Assembly (NCBI RefSeq): GCF_001194135.2
Contig: NC_068981.1
Coordinates: forward strand, 69,499,744-69,533,344
Source of the DNA: Octopus bimaculoides
Taxonomy: Eukaryota
Length of the DNA: 33,601 bases
Reading direction: 5' to 3'
Below, piece after piece: positions 1 through 11,155 of this stretch (the first letter of the stretch is position 1; each line of letters begins with the position of its first letter). Both the position numbers and the translations under genes were made by a program. The notes below the pieces were generated by a model that was not told the origin of the DNA, ran no database searches, and was given only the letters and a program-made list of their open reading frames with translations.

Positions 1-530
1 TTTTCCCATAAATATATATAATTTATAAATTATATATATTTATGGAAAAAAATGATGAATTTTTTTTCATTATGAGGTTTTTTTCACGCTGACTACTTGA
101 TACATTCTTATACAGATTTTATCCTATATTATATTATGAATAATTAGAATATATTCAGTGCTGAATATTATTCTGTATAAGCACATGTTACTGAGATGCA
201 ACCGGATAAATTCAAATCTCTTTCACGGGTATATAATTATGAACAGAAGTCATCGTACTGTTGTTCGGTACATCGTGGTATGTTGATTCTTGTTTATTTT
301 TATGTATCTCGACCATACGTGTACTGATGAACAAAAGATACAGGTTACTTCACAGTTTTTCTGTATTTGATTGAGAAACCAGTGGTTTATAGTCAAGTTA
401 AATGTTTTTAAGAGATTAATTTTGAAAGCTGCATTCCCTCGCTTTCGGTAAATATGTTGCTTATTTTTTGGTAGTTTTTGACTTATTTAGTCCCTCGAAG
501 CGTGAGGCATTACTACACATGCCCTTTATA

Positions 531-880
531 NNNNNNNNNNNNNNNNNNNNNNNNNNNNNNNNNNNNNNNNNNNNNNNNNNNNNNNNNNNNNNNNNNNNNN
601 NNNNNNNNNNNNNNNNNNNNNNNNNNNNNNNNNNNNNNNNNNNNNNNNNNNNNNNNNNNNNNNNNNNNNNNNNNNNNNNNNNNNNNNNNNNNNNNNNNNN
701 NNNNNNNNNNNNNNNNNNNNNNNNNNNNNNNNNNNNNNNNNNNNNNNNNNNNNNNNNNNNNNNNNNNNNNNNNNNNNNNNNNNNNNNNNNNNNNNNNNNN
801 NNNNNNNNNNNNNNNNNNNNNNNNNNNNNNNNNNNNNNNNNNNNNNNNNNNNNNNNNNNNNNNNNNNNNNNNNNNNNNNN
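531..880. other. Assembly gap (N run)
   Basis: 350 N; the right side abuts (TA)n. Confidence 0.99.
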
Positions 881-894
881 TATATATATATATA

Positions 895-1545
895 TATATA
901 TATGCATATATACGTACAGGACGTCACCAATAGTAAATAACATGCAATACGAAAATAAATGAGTTGAATACGCAAACATCGAGAGAAACAAATGGGGAAG
1001 AGGACAAGTAACGCAAAGAAAAACCCTTCATCTGTTCTCGGCTGTCTATCTACTCCTCTTTTCGAGCATTGAACGAGAAAATGAGTCTTCGAAGACAGTT
1101 GCTCCAATAAGTACCAAAATAAAATTTTGGACTTATGGAGGGTCAAAGTTGAGAACAAAAACAGGACAGTAGTGACATACAAGGAAACCGAATGAAAACG
1201 GACCTGGAGGTTCGTAACATATATATTAGTTTTAAATCCCCGAGCGAGAAATTTGTAGTAACAATACTAGAAAGTAAATTCTATGTGCCAACGTAAATTG
1301 GCAGGCCTGATTAAGACGATGTTACCACCATTTTTAGCCTCAGGATGTACAACTGCATCCTTATACCTCGAAAAATGGATCTAATATTCCCACTCAGCCT
1401 TAAACGCTACCATCGGACCATGGTTTCTGGGTTATTTGGCTTCATCGGCACAGGTTAACCGTTGGCTAGAAATGGCAGCACTAGGCACTGCTCGCGGTAT
1501 ATACTGCCAAAGTGACACATAGACACTGACGCCGCAAAGTGCAAA
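895..1545 (-). mobile_element. Non-coding interspersed repeat, Penelope-like terminal/non-autonomous type (copy A)
   Basis: The reverse complement of 895-1045 (..GATGAAGGG..TTCTTTGCGTTACTT..CCATTTGTTTCTCTCG..GACGTCCTGTAC..ATATATGCAT) aligns with 5810-5948 on +. Segment 1225-1425 recurs at 1550-1736 and, inverted, at 1737-1890. It ends in (TA)n. The Penelope assignment is inference. Confidence 0.6.
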
Positions 1546-1736
1546 TCCATTAATTTTAAATCTCTCAGCTAGAAGTAAATAGTAACAGTGCTGAAGAGTA
1601 AATTCCATTTACCAACCTTTTTAGCCCCAGGGAAACATAATTTCTTGCTGGCGACCGACGCACAACTGTGTCCCTATAGCTCAAACAACGGGGGTAATGT
1701 CCCCATTCAGCCTTAAACAGTACTTACGGGCCATGG
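1541..1736 (-). repeat. Partial tandem copy B of the 895-1545 repeat
   Basis: TTTTAAATC..AGTAACA..GTAAATTC..TTTTTAGCC..CACAACTG..CAGCCTTAAA..CCATGG matches 1230-1423 in the same orientation. Confidence 0.8.
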
Positions 1737-1890
1737 TTTAAGGCTGAGTGGCAACATTAGCTCCTTTGTTCGAGGTATAAGAACGCAGTTGTGCGTCGGT
1801 GGCCAACTGGAAAATGTTTTTCAGAGGTTAAAAAATTGCTAGTCCTAATCAGGACTGCCAATGTACGTTGGTAAATCGAATTTACTCGAT
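1737..1890 (+). repeat. Inverted partial copy C of the same repeat (fold-back with copy B)
   Basis: 1737-1835 is the reverse complement of 1618-1717 (about 75-80% identity by eye). 1840-1885 is the reverse complement of copy A 1273-1320. Confidence 0.85.
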
Positions 1891-2503
1891 ACATACATAT
1901 GTTTTCCATAATGTGTGGCAATTTTAACCAACTAAATGCCACATATATGTGCCTGATTGCGTAGTAGCAAATCAAGCTGTTGTGAAGCTACTTACTCATA
2001 TCACTTTTTGCATATTAATTGCTTGAAACATATGAGGTGTGAAGTAGTCCTAAGGTGGGCTAAGAATCTAAAAATAAGTACATAGGTCTTAAATCAAGCA
2101 CTAATTTTTCTGGTTTGGGGATAATTGTATGAATTAACTTGTGTAGAATACAATTTGGAAAAGAAAATTCTGAAAATTCCCCAAAATAAAAAAAAAGTAT
2201 GAATGAGTATATAGCGTCCGTAAAGCAGAATTTCAACAATATTTAATTTGTTTACACTTGACAAAACGAGCAGTCACGCATAACATAATAGCTTCAAAAT
2301 TCTTGTTTTCTGACCGGGTAAAAATGTTGAAACTTTAGAATAAAAGTTTTGGAGAAAGAGAATCAACCCTTGAAATTCAGCGTAGAGAATTACACCGATA
2401 CAGCAATTTGAAAAAAATTTCATTAAACTCGGAAATTTCTACAGATGTAGCCAAGCAGAAATGATCAAATTCGACAATTCCTACTGCATACAGGAACTAT
2501 GGT

Positions 2504-2895
2504 GGAGGTGGAATGGCCCAGTGGTTAGGGCAGCGGACTCGGGGTCATAGGATCGCGGTTTCGATTCCCAGACCGGGTCTTGTGAGTGTTTATTGATCGA
2601 AAACACCTAAAGCACCACGAGGCTCCTGCAGGGAATGGTGGCGAACCCTGCTGTACTCTTTCACCACAACTTTCTCTCACACTTCCTGTTTCTGTTGTGC
2701 CTGTAATTCAAAGGGTCAGCCTTGTCATACTGTGTCACGCTGAATATCCCCGAGGACTACGTTAAGGGTACACGTGTCTGTGGAGTGCTCAGCCACTTAC
2801 ACGTTAATTTCACGAGTAGGCTGTTCCATTGATCGGATCAACTGGAACACTCGACGTCGTAAGCGACGGAGTGCCAACAGCAACAGAACAGCAGG
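2504..2895 (+). mobile_element. tRNA-derived SINE (octopus OR/OK-like family), near full length
   Basis: Pol III A box TGGCCCAGTGG (2514-2524) and B box-like GGTTTCGATTCCC (2557-2569); body homologous to the second copy at 16593-16970; CAACAG-type tail runs into the gap. Confidence 0.9.
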
Positions 2896-3521
2896 NNNNN
2901 NNNNNNNNNNNNNNNNNNNNNNNNNNNNNNNNNNNNNNNNNNNNNNNNNNNNNNNNNNNNNNNNNNNNNNNNNNNNNNNNNNNNNNNNNNNNNNNNNNNN
3001 NNNNNNNNNNNNNNNNNNNNNNNNNNNNNNNNNNNNNNNNNNNNNNNNNNNNNNNNNNNNNNNNNNNNNNNNNNNNNNNNNNNNNNNNNNNNNNNNNNNN
3101 NNNNNNNNNNNNNNNNNNNNNNNNNNNNNNNNNNNNNNNNNNNNNNNNNNNNNNNNNNNNNNNNNNNNNNNNNNNNNNNNNNNNNNNNNNNNNNNNNNNN
3201 NNNNNNNNNNNNNNNNNNNNNNNNNNNNNNNNNNNNNNNNNNNNNNNNNNNNNNNNNNNNNNNNNNNNNNNNNNNNNNNNNNNNNNNNNNNNNNNNNNNN
3301 NNNNNNNNNNNNNNNNNNNNNNNNNNNNNNNNNNNNNNNNNNNNNNNNNNNNNNNNNNNNNNNNNNNNNNNNNNNNNNNNNNNNNNNNNNNNNNNNNNNN
3401 NNNNNNNNNNNNNNNNNNNNNNNNNNNNNNNNNNNNNNNNNNNNNNNNNNNNNNNNNNNNNNNNNNNNNNNNNNNNNNNNNNNNNNNNNNNNNNNNNNNN
3501 NNNNNNNNNNNNNNNNNNNNN
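2896..3521. other. Assembly gap (N run)
   Basis: 626 N. Confidence 0.99.
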
Positions 3522-3562
<41 letters not shown>

Positions 3563-3699
3563 GACCTATTGGGATTTTTTTCACAGGTGATCTAACCGAT
3601 TAGATACGCTAGATAAGTGTTGTAACCGATTACTAGGATTCCAATTTTATAGCCGAGACGGTAGTTATAGACCCATTGCAGATTTCCGATATAGTGGAT

Positions 3700-3880
3700 A
3701 TATAATGGTTAAAGAGACAACAAACTTTAACGCAAGGCAAACATTTCAAGTCATATACGTTATGACTGATTAAAAGAAGACCTCAAAATGTTAACTCATG
3801 ACAAACCGAAATTGCTTAATAAGCACAACGAAGCCTTCACAACGTGTAAGCACTTCTTTTGGAATTTTAAAGTCTTACAT
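3700..3880 (+). mobile_element. Penelope-like element, extreme C-terminal remnant
   Basis: The frame from 3794 reads THDKPKLLNKHNEAFTTCKHFFWNFK, matching the PLE terminal motif LLNxRxExxxxCRHxxKxxLxNF. Confidence 0.55.
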
Positions 3881-4064
3881 AAATCTATATATAACTTCAC
3901 CCAAACCCCACGAATATCACCTAAATACAAACCACAGTGATCATCAACACACACTCCACTCTATCTCTTCTATTAACATTATTTCATCACATTATAAGAT
4001 AAATATTGATTCTTTACTTTATTTTTAAACCTTAGCTTAATAAATACCCTAATATTTAATTATA

Positions 4065-5309
4065 TATTGGGTTGGCAACTAAGTTCCCGGGTTTTTTGTT
4101 TAATTTTGGAGTTTATTGTGTTTTTAAAATTTGGAATTTATTTTTGTAGAAAATTCTATTTTTGTATCATTTTGGAATCAATTTTTTTTTTTAGATAATT
4201 TTAGTTAATTTTTGTTTATTTTGAGATCATTAAAATGGAATGTCAAGTTAAGAAAAACGGGCATTTTCTACACCTCCTTCTTTTTACATCTAATCAAGGT
4301 TCTAAGGCCGCAAAAGCCCATCGCGACATTTGTTCTGTGTATAGAGATGGTGCCATAGCTGAAAGAACCGCTCGTGATTGTTATGTCAAGTTCAAAAATG
4401 GAAATTTCGCTCTCAAATACGCACCTCGTTCTGGCCGTCCAGTTGAGTTCGATTAAGTGCGATTAAACTAACTTTTGCACAAAAATGTTCGTCAAACGAC
4501 AAGGGAACTGGCAGAGAAAATGGAATACTTCCACACAGCTACAGAGAAGCGTCTTCATTCAATGGGAAAGGTTCAGAACTATGGAGCATGTGATATATAT
4601 CCGCTTGTTTGCTTGCTCGTCACCGCCCAACTCATGGACACAAGAAACAATTTCTTTACCGAATCTTCACTGGCGACCAAAATGGTGCCTGTACCTCAAT
4701 ATGAAGCAGCGTAAGGAATGCGTTAGCCTCGGTAAACAAGGGACACCGTGCGTGAAACAAGGTATTTATCCGCGTAAAACGATATTGTGTGTATAGTGGG
4801 GCTGGGAAGGGATTATTTCGAATTGCTTGAACGGAGCGAAACGTTCAACGCGAAACTCTATGTTCAATAGATAGATCGACTCACCTCGGATATTCAAGAG
4901 AAAAGACCTAATCGTCAGCATTGAGTTCTACTGGACGACAACGCCCACCCTCATATAGACAATATGACCAAGTGAGCTATACAAACGCATGGCTGGTAAG
5001 TGTTGCCGCACCCACCGTACTCTCTTGATTTGTTACCAACGTATCTCCACCCCTTTCGATCTCTTCCAAATGCTATGCGCGGAGTTTCATTCAATACTGA
5101 TGCAGAATTGATAGCTTGGTTTGATCAATTTTTCGGCTCGAAATCGGGTGATTTCTACCAACGAGGTATTGAAAATATTATTGAACGATGGGAAGAAGTC
5201 ATAAAGAACACGGGAGTATAGATTATTGATTAATTAGTTGTTATTTTTATTAAACCTTTTAAAAAATCTAAATTTAAAAAACGGCGGTAACTTAGTTGCC
5301 AACTTAATA
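4065..5309 (+). mobile_element. Mariner (Tc1/mariner, DD34D) transposon, full length, inactive
   Basis: TIRs are TATTGGGTTGGCAACTAAGTTCCCGGG (left) and, as reverse complement, TATTAAGTTGGCAACTAAGTTACCGCCG (right), with an identical 15-nt core GTTGGCAACTAAGTT. TA ends; length about 1.25 kb. Confidence 0.95.
4235..5221 (+). pseudogene. Mariner transposase pseudogene (stops and frameshifts)
   Basis: N-terminal HTH MECQVKKNGHFLHLLLF...APRSGRPVEFD; TGD (GAC 4675); DDNAHPH (D 4937); HPPYSLDLLPTY, where the third catalytic D position (5042) is TAT=Y. 34 codons lie between 4937 and 5042. The WVPH linker is deleted. Confidence 0.93.
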
Positions 5310-5317
5310 GATATATA

Positions 5318-5640
5318 NNNNNNNNNNNNNNNNNNNNNNNNNNNNNNNNNNNNNNNNNNNNNNNNNNNNNNNNNNNNNNNNNNNNNNNNNNNNNNNNNNN
5401 NNNNNNNNNNNNNNNNNNNNNNNNNNNNNNNNNNNNNNNNNNNNNNNNNNNNNNNNNNNNNNNNNNNNNNNNNNNNNNNNNNNNNNNNNNNNNNNNNNNN
5501 NNNNNNNNNNNNNNNNNNNNNNNNNNNNNNNNNNNNNNNNNNNNNNNNNNNNNNNNNNNNNNNNNNNNNNNNNNNNNNNNNNNNNNNNNNNNNNNNNNNN
5601 NNNNNNNNNNNNNNNNNNNNNNNNNNNNNNNNNNNNNNNN
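5318..5640. other. Assembly gap (N run)
   Basis: 323 N, flanked by (TA)n and (TG)n. Confidence 0.99.
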
Positions 5641-5692
<52 letters not shown>

Positions 5693-5769
5693 ATGTGTGT
5701 GTGTATGTGTGTGTGTGTGCAGGCATGCATGTATGTATGTATGTATGTATGTAGATATGTATGCGTGCA

Positions 5770-5948
5770 GGTGGATATATATATCCGCGAAATGAGTAGT
5801 TAGAAACGGACAACTGATGAAGAGTCGTTCTTTATGTTACTTCTGTTTTCCATTTGTTTCTCTCGTTGTTAATGTATTGAACTCATTTGTTTTCGTATTT
5901 CATATTGCTTACTGTTGGTGAGGTCCTGTACCCATATATGCATATGTA
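5770..5948 (+). mobile_element. 3' terminal fragment of the same repeat family as 895-1545
   Basis: ACTGATGAAGAG..TTCTTTATGTTACTT..CCATTTGTTTCTCTCG..GTCCTGTACCCATATATGCAT aligns to the reverse complement of 895-1075. Confidence 0.75.
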
Positions 5949-6247
5949 CGTAAAGAGTCTTTTATTACCTTATCTCTTTTTGTAGCTAATCTCTACGGAA
6001 AATTAATAACTATATTTTGTAGTTATTATTCGTAATCTACTCCATGAACAATTCAGTAGCTCTACATTGCATCGCTTGCAAACTTATATGTCCTATGATC
6101 ATTAGAGCACAACGACCTCCACAATATCCAGCCTTCAATTTGATTTTCTGTTCCTAGGTTAATCGGAAACATAGATTGCCTTGCTACTCATAAACCTTGT
6201 CGTACTTCAGCTATTTGGGGAAGAAAATACCACGAAAGCAACTTAAA

Positions 6248-6276
6248 CCGTCCAAAGGACGGATGCGTTTGCTAGT
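6248..6276 (+). mobile_element. Helitron-type 3' terminus
   Basis: Hairpin CCGTCC-AAA-GGACGG (6248-6262), a 9-nt spacer, CTAG (6272-6275), then T. The 5' end is not determinable (candidate A|TC at 5972/5973). Confidence 0.55.
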
Positions 6277-6649
6277 ATCTAATAAAAATTAATTCCTTTA
6301 CATATTTCGTGTCGTCTTGAAAACTATATTTAGCTTGTAAATTACACTCCTTCAGATATAGCCAGAACTTGGATTAACATTTTAATAAAAAATGAATAGC
6401 TATGTGTCTGTTCAATAAACGTTTACAAATAATACATCGTATAAATTGTCTTCTTACCTATCTGAATAAGCCTACAAATCAAATGTCTCTCTGGTTTCGA
6501 GACTTAATGAAAATTATATAGGAGAATAACAGAGATTTTTACGAATAAATAACGTTCTTGGTGATGTGTAAATTTGTAATATCTCTATCATAAACTTGAC
6601 AAGCGCTAATATATTAAGAGGTACAATGGAAAATCGAATTCAAACGAGT

Positions 6650-7250
6650 TCAAAAACGAGTACAGAAAAGTAAAACAAATACAATTTGGAAATAATCAGT
6701 AATACTATAAACCCACTACTTTCCCACACATTTCTAGCTCTGCTCATGAAACTTTTCTTAGCTAATCATAAGCACTACATGAGCTTCTTAGAAAACCATA
6801 AATACTACTGGGGAATGTGAGGCATGATTTAGTAAATAAACCAATATTCGTCTCCTCTCATAACTAATATTTAAAGCCCCATCCAGTAATCAGCACATAA
6901 TTATGTCAAGTCTTTGTAAACCGTGCAATGGTAGCAGGAAGCCAGTTTAAGTTGATTTCAGTGTAGAACTTACGAAATATTTAAAATCTATTATTGATGA
7001 CATTTCTGACACATGTTATGAATGATTTGTCATTGAATAGAGAAGCAAAAACAATATTTGAATTAAAACATTCTGCATCAACTCTGACAAAACTAACACT
7101 AGGGGCGCCAACAGAACTATACTTGGTCGGAAGATAACACATCATGATGGGAAATCACGATTTACTCAATGAAAAGCAGGAATTAATATTGAAATACAGA
7201 AGGAAAACAAATATTGCCTCACGAATTTCAAATAATTACCGAAAGACTGA
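6650..7250 (+). mobile_element. Highly decayed Penelope-like element (GIY-YIG/C-terminal region)
   Basis: From 7141 IMMGNHDLLNEKQELILKYRR, then frameshifted NKYCLTNFK (PLE C-terminal motif); upstream FLALLMKLFLANHKH resembles FLxLLxKHFPxNHKL. Confidence 0.6.
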
Positions 7251-7453
7251 CAACCCATAATTCAAAAACTAATCAGAAAGTTACACGCATACACAGTGTA
7301 TCAAATATGATCGTCATAGCTATCTTCCCTATCATTCAACTACTTTACGAAAATATCTGTCTCGTGTCAGAGAAATTATTTTAAATTTCACAGCTTGAAG
7401 TATTATAGTCATGATATTAGCTTCAGTACTGAGTTTTCATTTGTTTGTAGATA

Positions 7454-7454
<1 letters not shown>

Positions 7455-7539
<85 letters not shown>
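7455..7539. repeat. Perfect (CTA)28 microsatellite
   Basis: Direct reading. Confidence 0.97.
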
Positions 7540-7639
7540 AGGTAAATCACTTTTTATACAAATGAGCAAATAAACACGGTCATATATATATATATTTCAA
7601 AGTTTCAAATTTGTATATTTCCAAAAAAGAATTAAAACA

Positions 7640-8345
7640 ACTGACAACAGTAGTAATAATAATGAGAGGAATAAACACAAGGAAAATAAAGGAAATAAAC
7701 CAAGATACCCCCATAAACACAAGATAGGCAATTTAAAATTCTTTAAAAACGATATTAATAACCATGAGGATAATAATAAGGATAATAAAATCTGATTCAT
7801 AATCCCATTTAGGAGAAATGTCAAGAGTAACCTGGTAGCAAAGTTTAGATAGGTGATAGGTAGGCACTTCGCAAGGAGCTCACACTATGGTAAAATTATC
7901 AACACACACATAATTCGGTTTGGGTTCTCAAATACTAGGAACATAGCACAAATAATAGCAGCGCATAACCTTAAAATAATTAAGTCTAAAGAAACAGGGG
8001 GAAATGAGAATTTGAACAATGATATAAATAGCATTGGCTGCACATCAGGGCAGGTATGCAAGAGAATATCTAATCACGTCACGACCTTTAGAGATAGAAA
8101 GAAAATAGCAAGCACCAGTCTTAGCAAATACATCTGGGAACTCAAAGAAAAGAATAAGCAGTATTCATTAGAATGGTCTATTATAGCAAAATCAATGCCA
8201 TACGAGAGAGGAAGAAAGTATTGTTCGCTCTGTACGACATAACTCTACTGCATAATATTCTCTAAAGGTAAATTGATCAACAAATTAACGAATAATGCTC
8301 TGAAATGTACATATATCCTAAGAAGCACGTTTCGTTGGTATAACT
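7640..8345 (+). mobile_element. Penelope-like retroelement fragment: RT C-terminal linker plus GIY-YIG endonuclease, decayed
   Basis: KI*FIIPFRRNVKSNL..RHF..KIIN..NIAQIIAAHNLKI (WFNPP..TNIG..KHF..IIxxHN); SIGCTSGQVCKRISNH (YIG..RxxNH); TSLSKYIWELKE..YSLEWSII..PY..KYCSLC. Includes ORF 7853-8242. Confidence 0.88.
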
Positions 8346-8609
8346 GATTTTAGGATATGGGTCAGTACCACAGGGAACCTCATGTAAGTTAAACTACAAT
8401 GGATACATAACTATAACTAGAAAGGCACCGTGGATACAATTTAAGGAAGGGGTACCTATAGTTAATGGTTCAGTTAAAAATATCTCACTTAAAACCCCAA
8501 AGTATCCACTAATAGGAGGCAACCTGCAATAGTACAGAACAAACCTAGGTTGTGACATTATAGTCTGTGCAGCCTATAAGTGTAGATTATATAAGTTTCG
8601 ATATAGGAT

Positions 8610-8705
8610 TATTAATAATAATAATAATAGTAATAATAGTAATAATAATAATAAAAATAATATCAATAATAAGAAGAAGAACAATAACAATAACCATAAT
8701 AATAG
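8610..8705. repeat. Degenerate (AAT)n/(AAC)n trinucleotide tract
   Basis: Direct reading. Confidence 0.85.
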
Positions 8706-9085
8706 TAGGAGAAGAGTGTGTGAGCACACACACTAGTAAGGACAGAAGCAGAGCATAGAGAAAGAATTGTAATAAAGATGTAAGTGGCAGCTGGGAGGTT
8801 TGCTACCTAGACCTAGAAACAACTCAATGTAGAATGGATGAATAAGAGGTAAGGATCGGTTAATATAATACAGTACAACACAGCCAAATGCTTAGATCTC
8901 CAAGCACAATATAGGTGCATGACTCAACAATAATAAGGGTGGATATGAAATTAAAATAGCGTATTTGCTTAGTAAATATTTCTTTCATTATATTATCAGT
9001 CATAAATTCTCTTTGTCATGGAAACATCAAGGTAGTCCGTTATATTCAGTTTCCGTTGTCTCGAGTCCGTTGAATAAAAACTCGT

Positions 9086-9666
9086 CTACTGCGGCCCGTT
9101 GGTCGACGCAGATTTAGCAGGCATCAACAAAAGATTCGCGACCCTCCTGGACGATGAGGAATGACAACTGACTGCTGCCTCCCACCCCAGGTTTCGCCTA
9201 ATCTGATTGGATAGGTATGATGACACCAAGTTCACGAAGGTGAGGGGAAGCATGGAGGAAAAGGTCGAGGAGGCCGTGAAATAGCAGTCTGAGGAAGTGA
9301 GCAGCAATAGTGGAGGCAACTACAACGAAGACTTGGAGGACAACTTCTTCAGTGGTGTCACCCAACGAAAAGAGAGCGGAAGCCTCAGGTCATTGACGGA
9401 CAAGGCCCAGAATTTAGTAAAGACCTGGTAAGAGACCAATTCCAAAAATGTACACACATGCTGACTTCTTGAGGGAGCAAGTGTTAGTGAACTTGTTCAT
9501 GAAGTTCAACACAGCCATCCCTTCCAGTGCTACAATTGAACGTTTATTTTCCACGGGCAAGGACATCTCGAGTGCCAAGAGATTGCCCATGTCTGATGTA
9601 GTATGTTAGTTTTCATGAAGGGCAACGTGAATCTTATGAACAAAATGGAGACGATGAATAATTAAA
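9086..9666 (+). mobile_element. hAT DNA transposon transposase C-terminal remnant (pseudogene)
   Basis: LVDADLAGINKRF...LTAASHPRFRLI*L; 9481-9600 reads VLVNLFMKFNTAIPSSATIERLFSTGKDISSAKRLPMSD followed by MLVFMKGN, i.e. the hAT dimerisation motif (PxSSAxxERxFS). Several stops; no TIRs found. Confidence 0.88.
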
Positions 9667-10338
9667 TTATATATACATTGTGTTTTTCATTTTTTAAAAA
9701 CTTTTTAACCGCTACTTTATCGATAAACTCTTCTTTTAATACTAATATTGTATTTTCATTGTATTTTAATACTAATATTTTTTTTTCATTTCAGGTTGAT
9801 TTTTTTACACTTTCCTGGCTTTAAAACTAGACGTAATACATACCTATAGCATTGCTACTAACCACGTCATATCTACTGAATACGACATATGACCAATTTC
9901 TGTGAGAACATTTTGAAGGACAGAAAATAACAGTTACCTTAAGAACATGAAGCATTTTACATTCAAACGCGTAAGAAATAAAATTTAATAACCAAATCAC
10001 ATCATTAGCTTCCAAACGAATTAGAAGTTTCTCTAGCCTTTACACGTGCAGAGATGCTGTTATAATATTTTTAAAAAATAGAAAGGAAAAATATTATAAC
10101 TAAGATAGGCCTTGTCTGAACTTTCTCTTTTGGAAGTAGTAATTCATACCTTTTCACTATATATATTCTTAAGCAATTTATATAAAATTTAACTACACAT
10201 TTCAATACATTTAGATAAAACTTTATCCTCAGATTTTTTAGAAACTTCCTATAATATATCTAAACGTACTATTTAAGCTTCTGAGGGAAAAGGGGTAGCA
10301 ATAGCTGTACATAATTTAAATGTCCTAGTCTGAATCTA

Positions 10339-11111
10339 ATATATATGTATATCATTATTCTGAAATTTGTGCTACACTGTTTAGTGATACTTGGTTATTT
10401 CTTGAATTTTGTATGTAATTTTTTTCGTGAATTATTTCCTTAATTACACTATACCTACATTTGAAACTTTTCGTTTGAAACTTAACAAATTGTTAAGTTC
10501 AATTTCATTTTTGATAAAATTCGAGTCAGGAACGATTTCATAAATGACAATATTTGTACGTAATGAAATTTATTCGGGTTCCTGGTTTATTCATATATTT
10601 CGATTATTTGCGACAACATTTGATGCAATATTATNNNNNNNNNNNNNNNNNNNNNNNNNNNNNNNNNNNNNNNNNNNNNNNNNNNNNNNNNNNNNNNNNN
10701 NNNNNNNNNNNNNNNNNNNNNNNNNNNNNNNNNNNNNNNNNNNNNNNNNNNNNNNNNNNNNNNNNNNNNNNNNNNNNNNNNNNNNNNNNNNNNNNNNNNN
10801 NNNNNNNNNNNNNNNNNNNNNNNNNNNNNNNNNNNNNNNNNNNNNNNNNNNNNNNNNNNNNNNNNNNNNNNNNNNNNNNNNNNNNNNNNNNNNNNNNNNN
10901 NNNNNNNNNNNNNNNNNNNNNNNNNNNNNNNNNNNNNNNNNNNNNNNNNNNNNNNNNNNNNNNNNNNNNNNNNNNNNNNNNNNNNNNNNNNNNNNNNNNN
11001 NNNNNNNNNNNNNNNNNNNNNNNNNNNNNNNNNNNNNNNNNNNNNNNNNNNNNNNNNNNNNNNNNNNNNNNNNNNNNNNNNNNNNNNNNNNNNNNNNNAT
11101 ATATATATATT

Positions 11112-11155
<44 letters not shown>

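Noticed and set aside
196-277. ATG-initiated mini-exon MQPDKFKSLSRVYNYEQKSSYCCSVHR with a GTATGT donor
   Set aside because: Too short, no recognisable homology, and expected by chance.
2504-2575. tRNA-like sequences (also 16900-16970 and 19890-19950)
   Set aside because: A and B boxes are present, but they continue into SINE bodies and lack a complete cloverleaf; these are SINE heads, not tRNA genes.
9086-9319. Minus-strand 77-aa ORF
   Set aside because: It is the antisense shadow of the plus-strand hAT transposase remnant.
10059-10100. Perfect 14-bp inverted repeat GTTATAATATTTTT / AAAAATATTATAAC
   Set aside because: Almost entirely A/T in AT-rich DNA and isolated, so likely chance.
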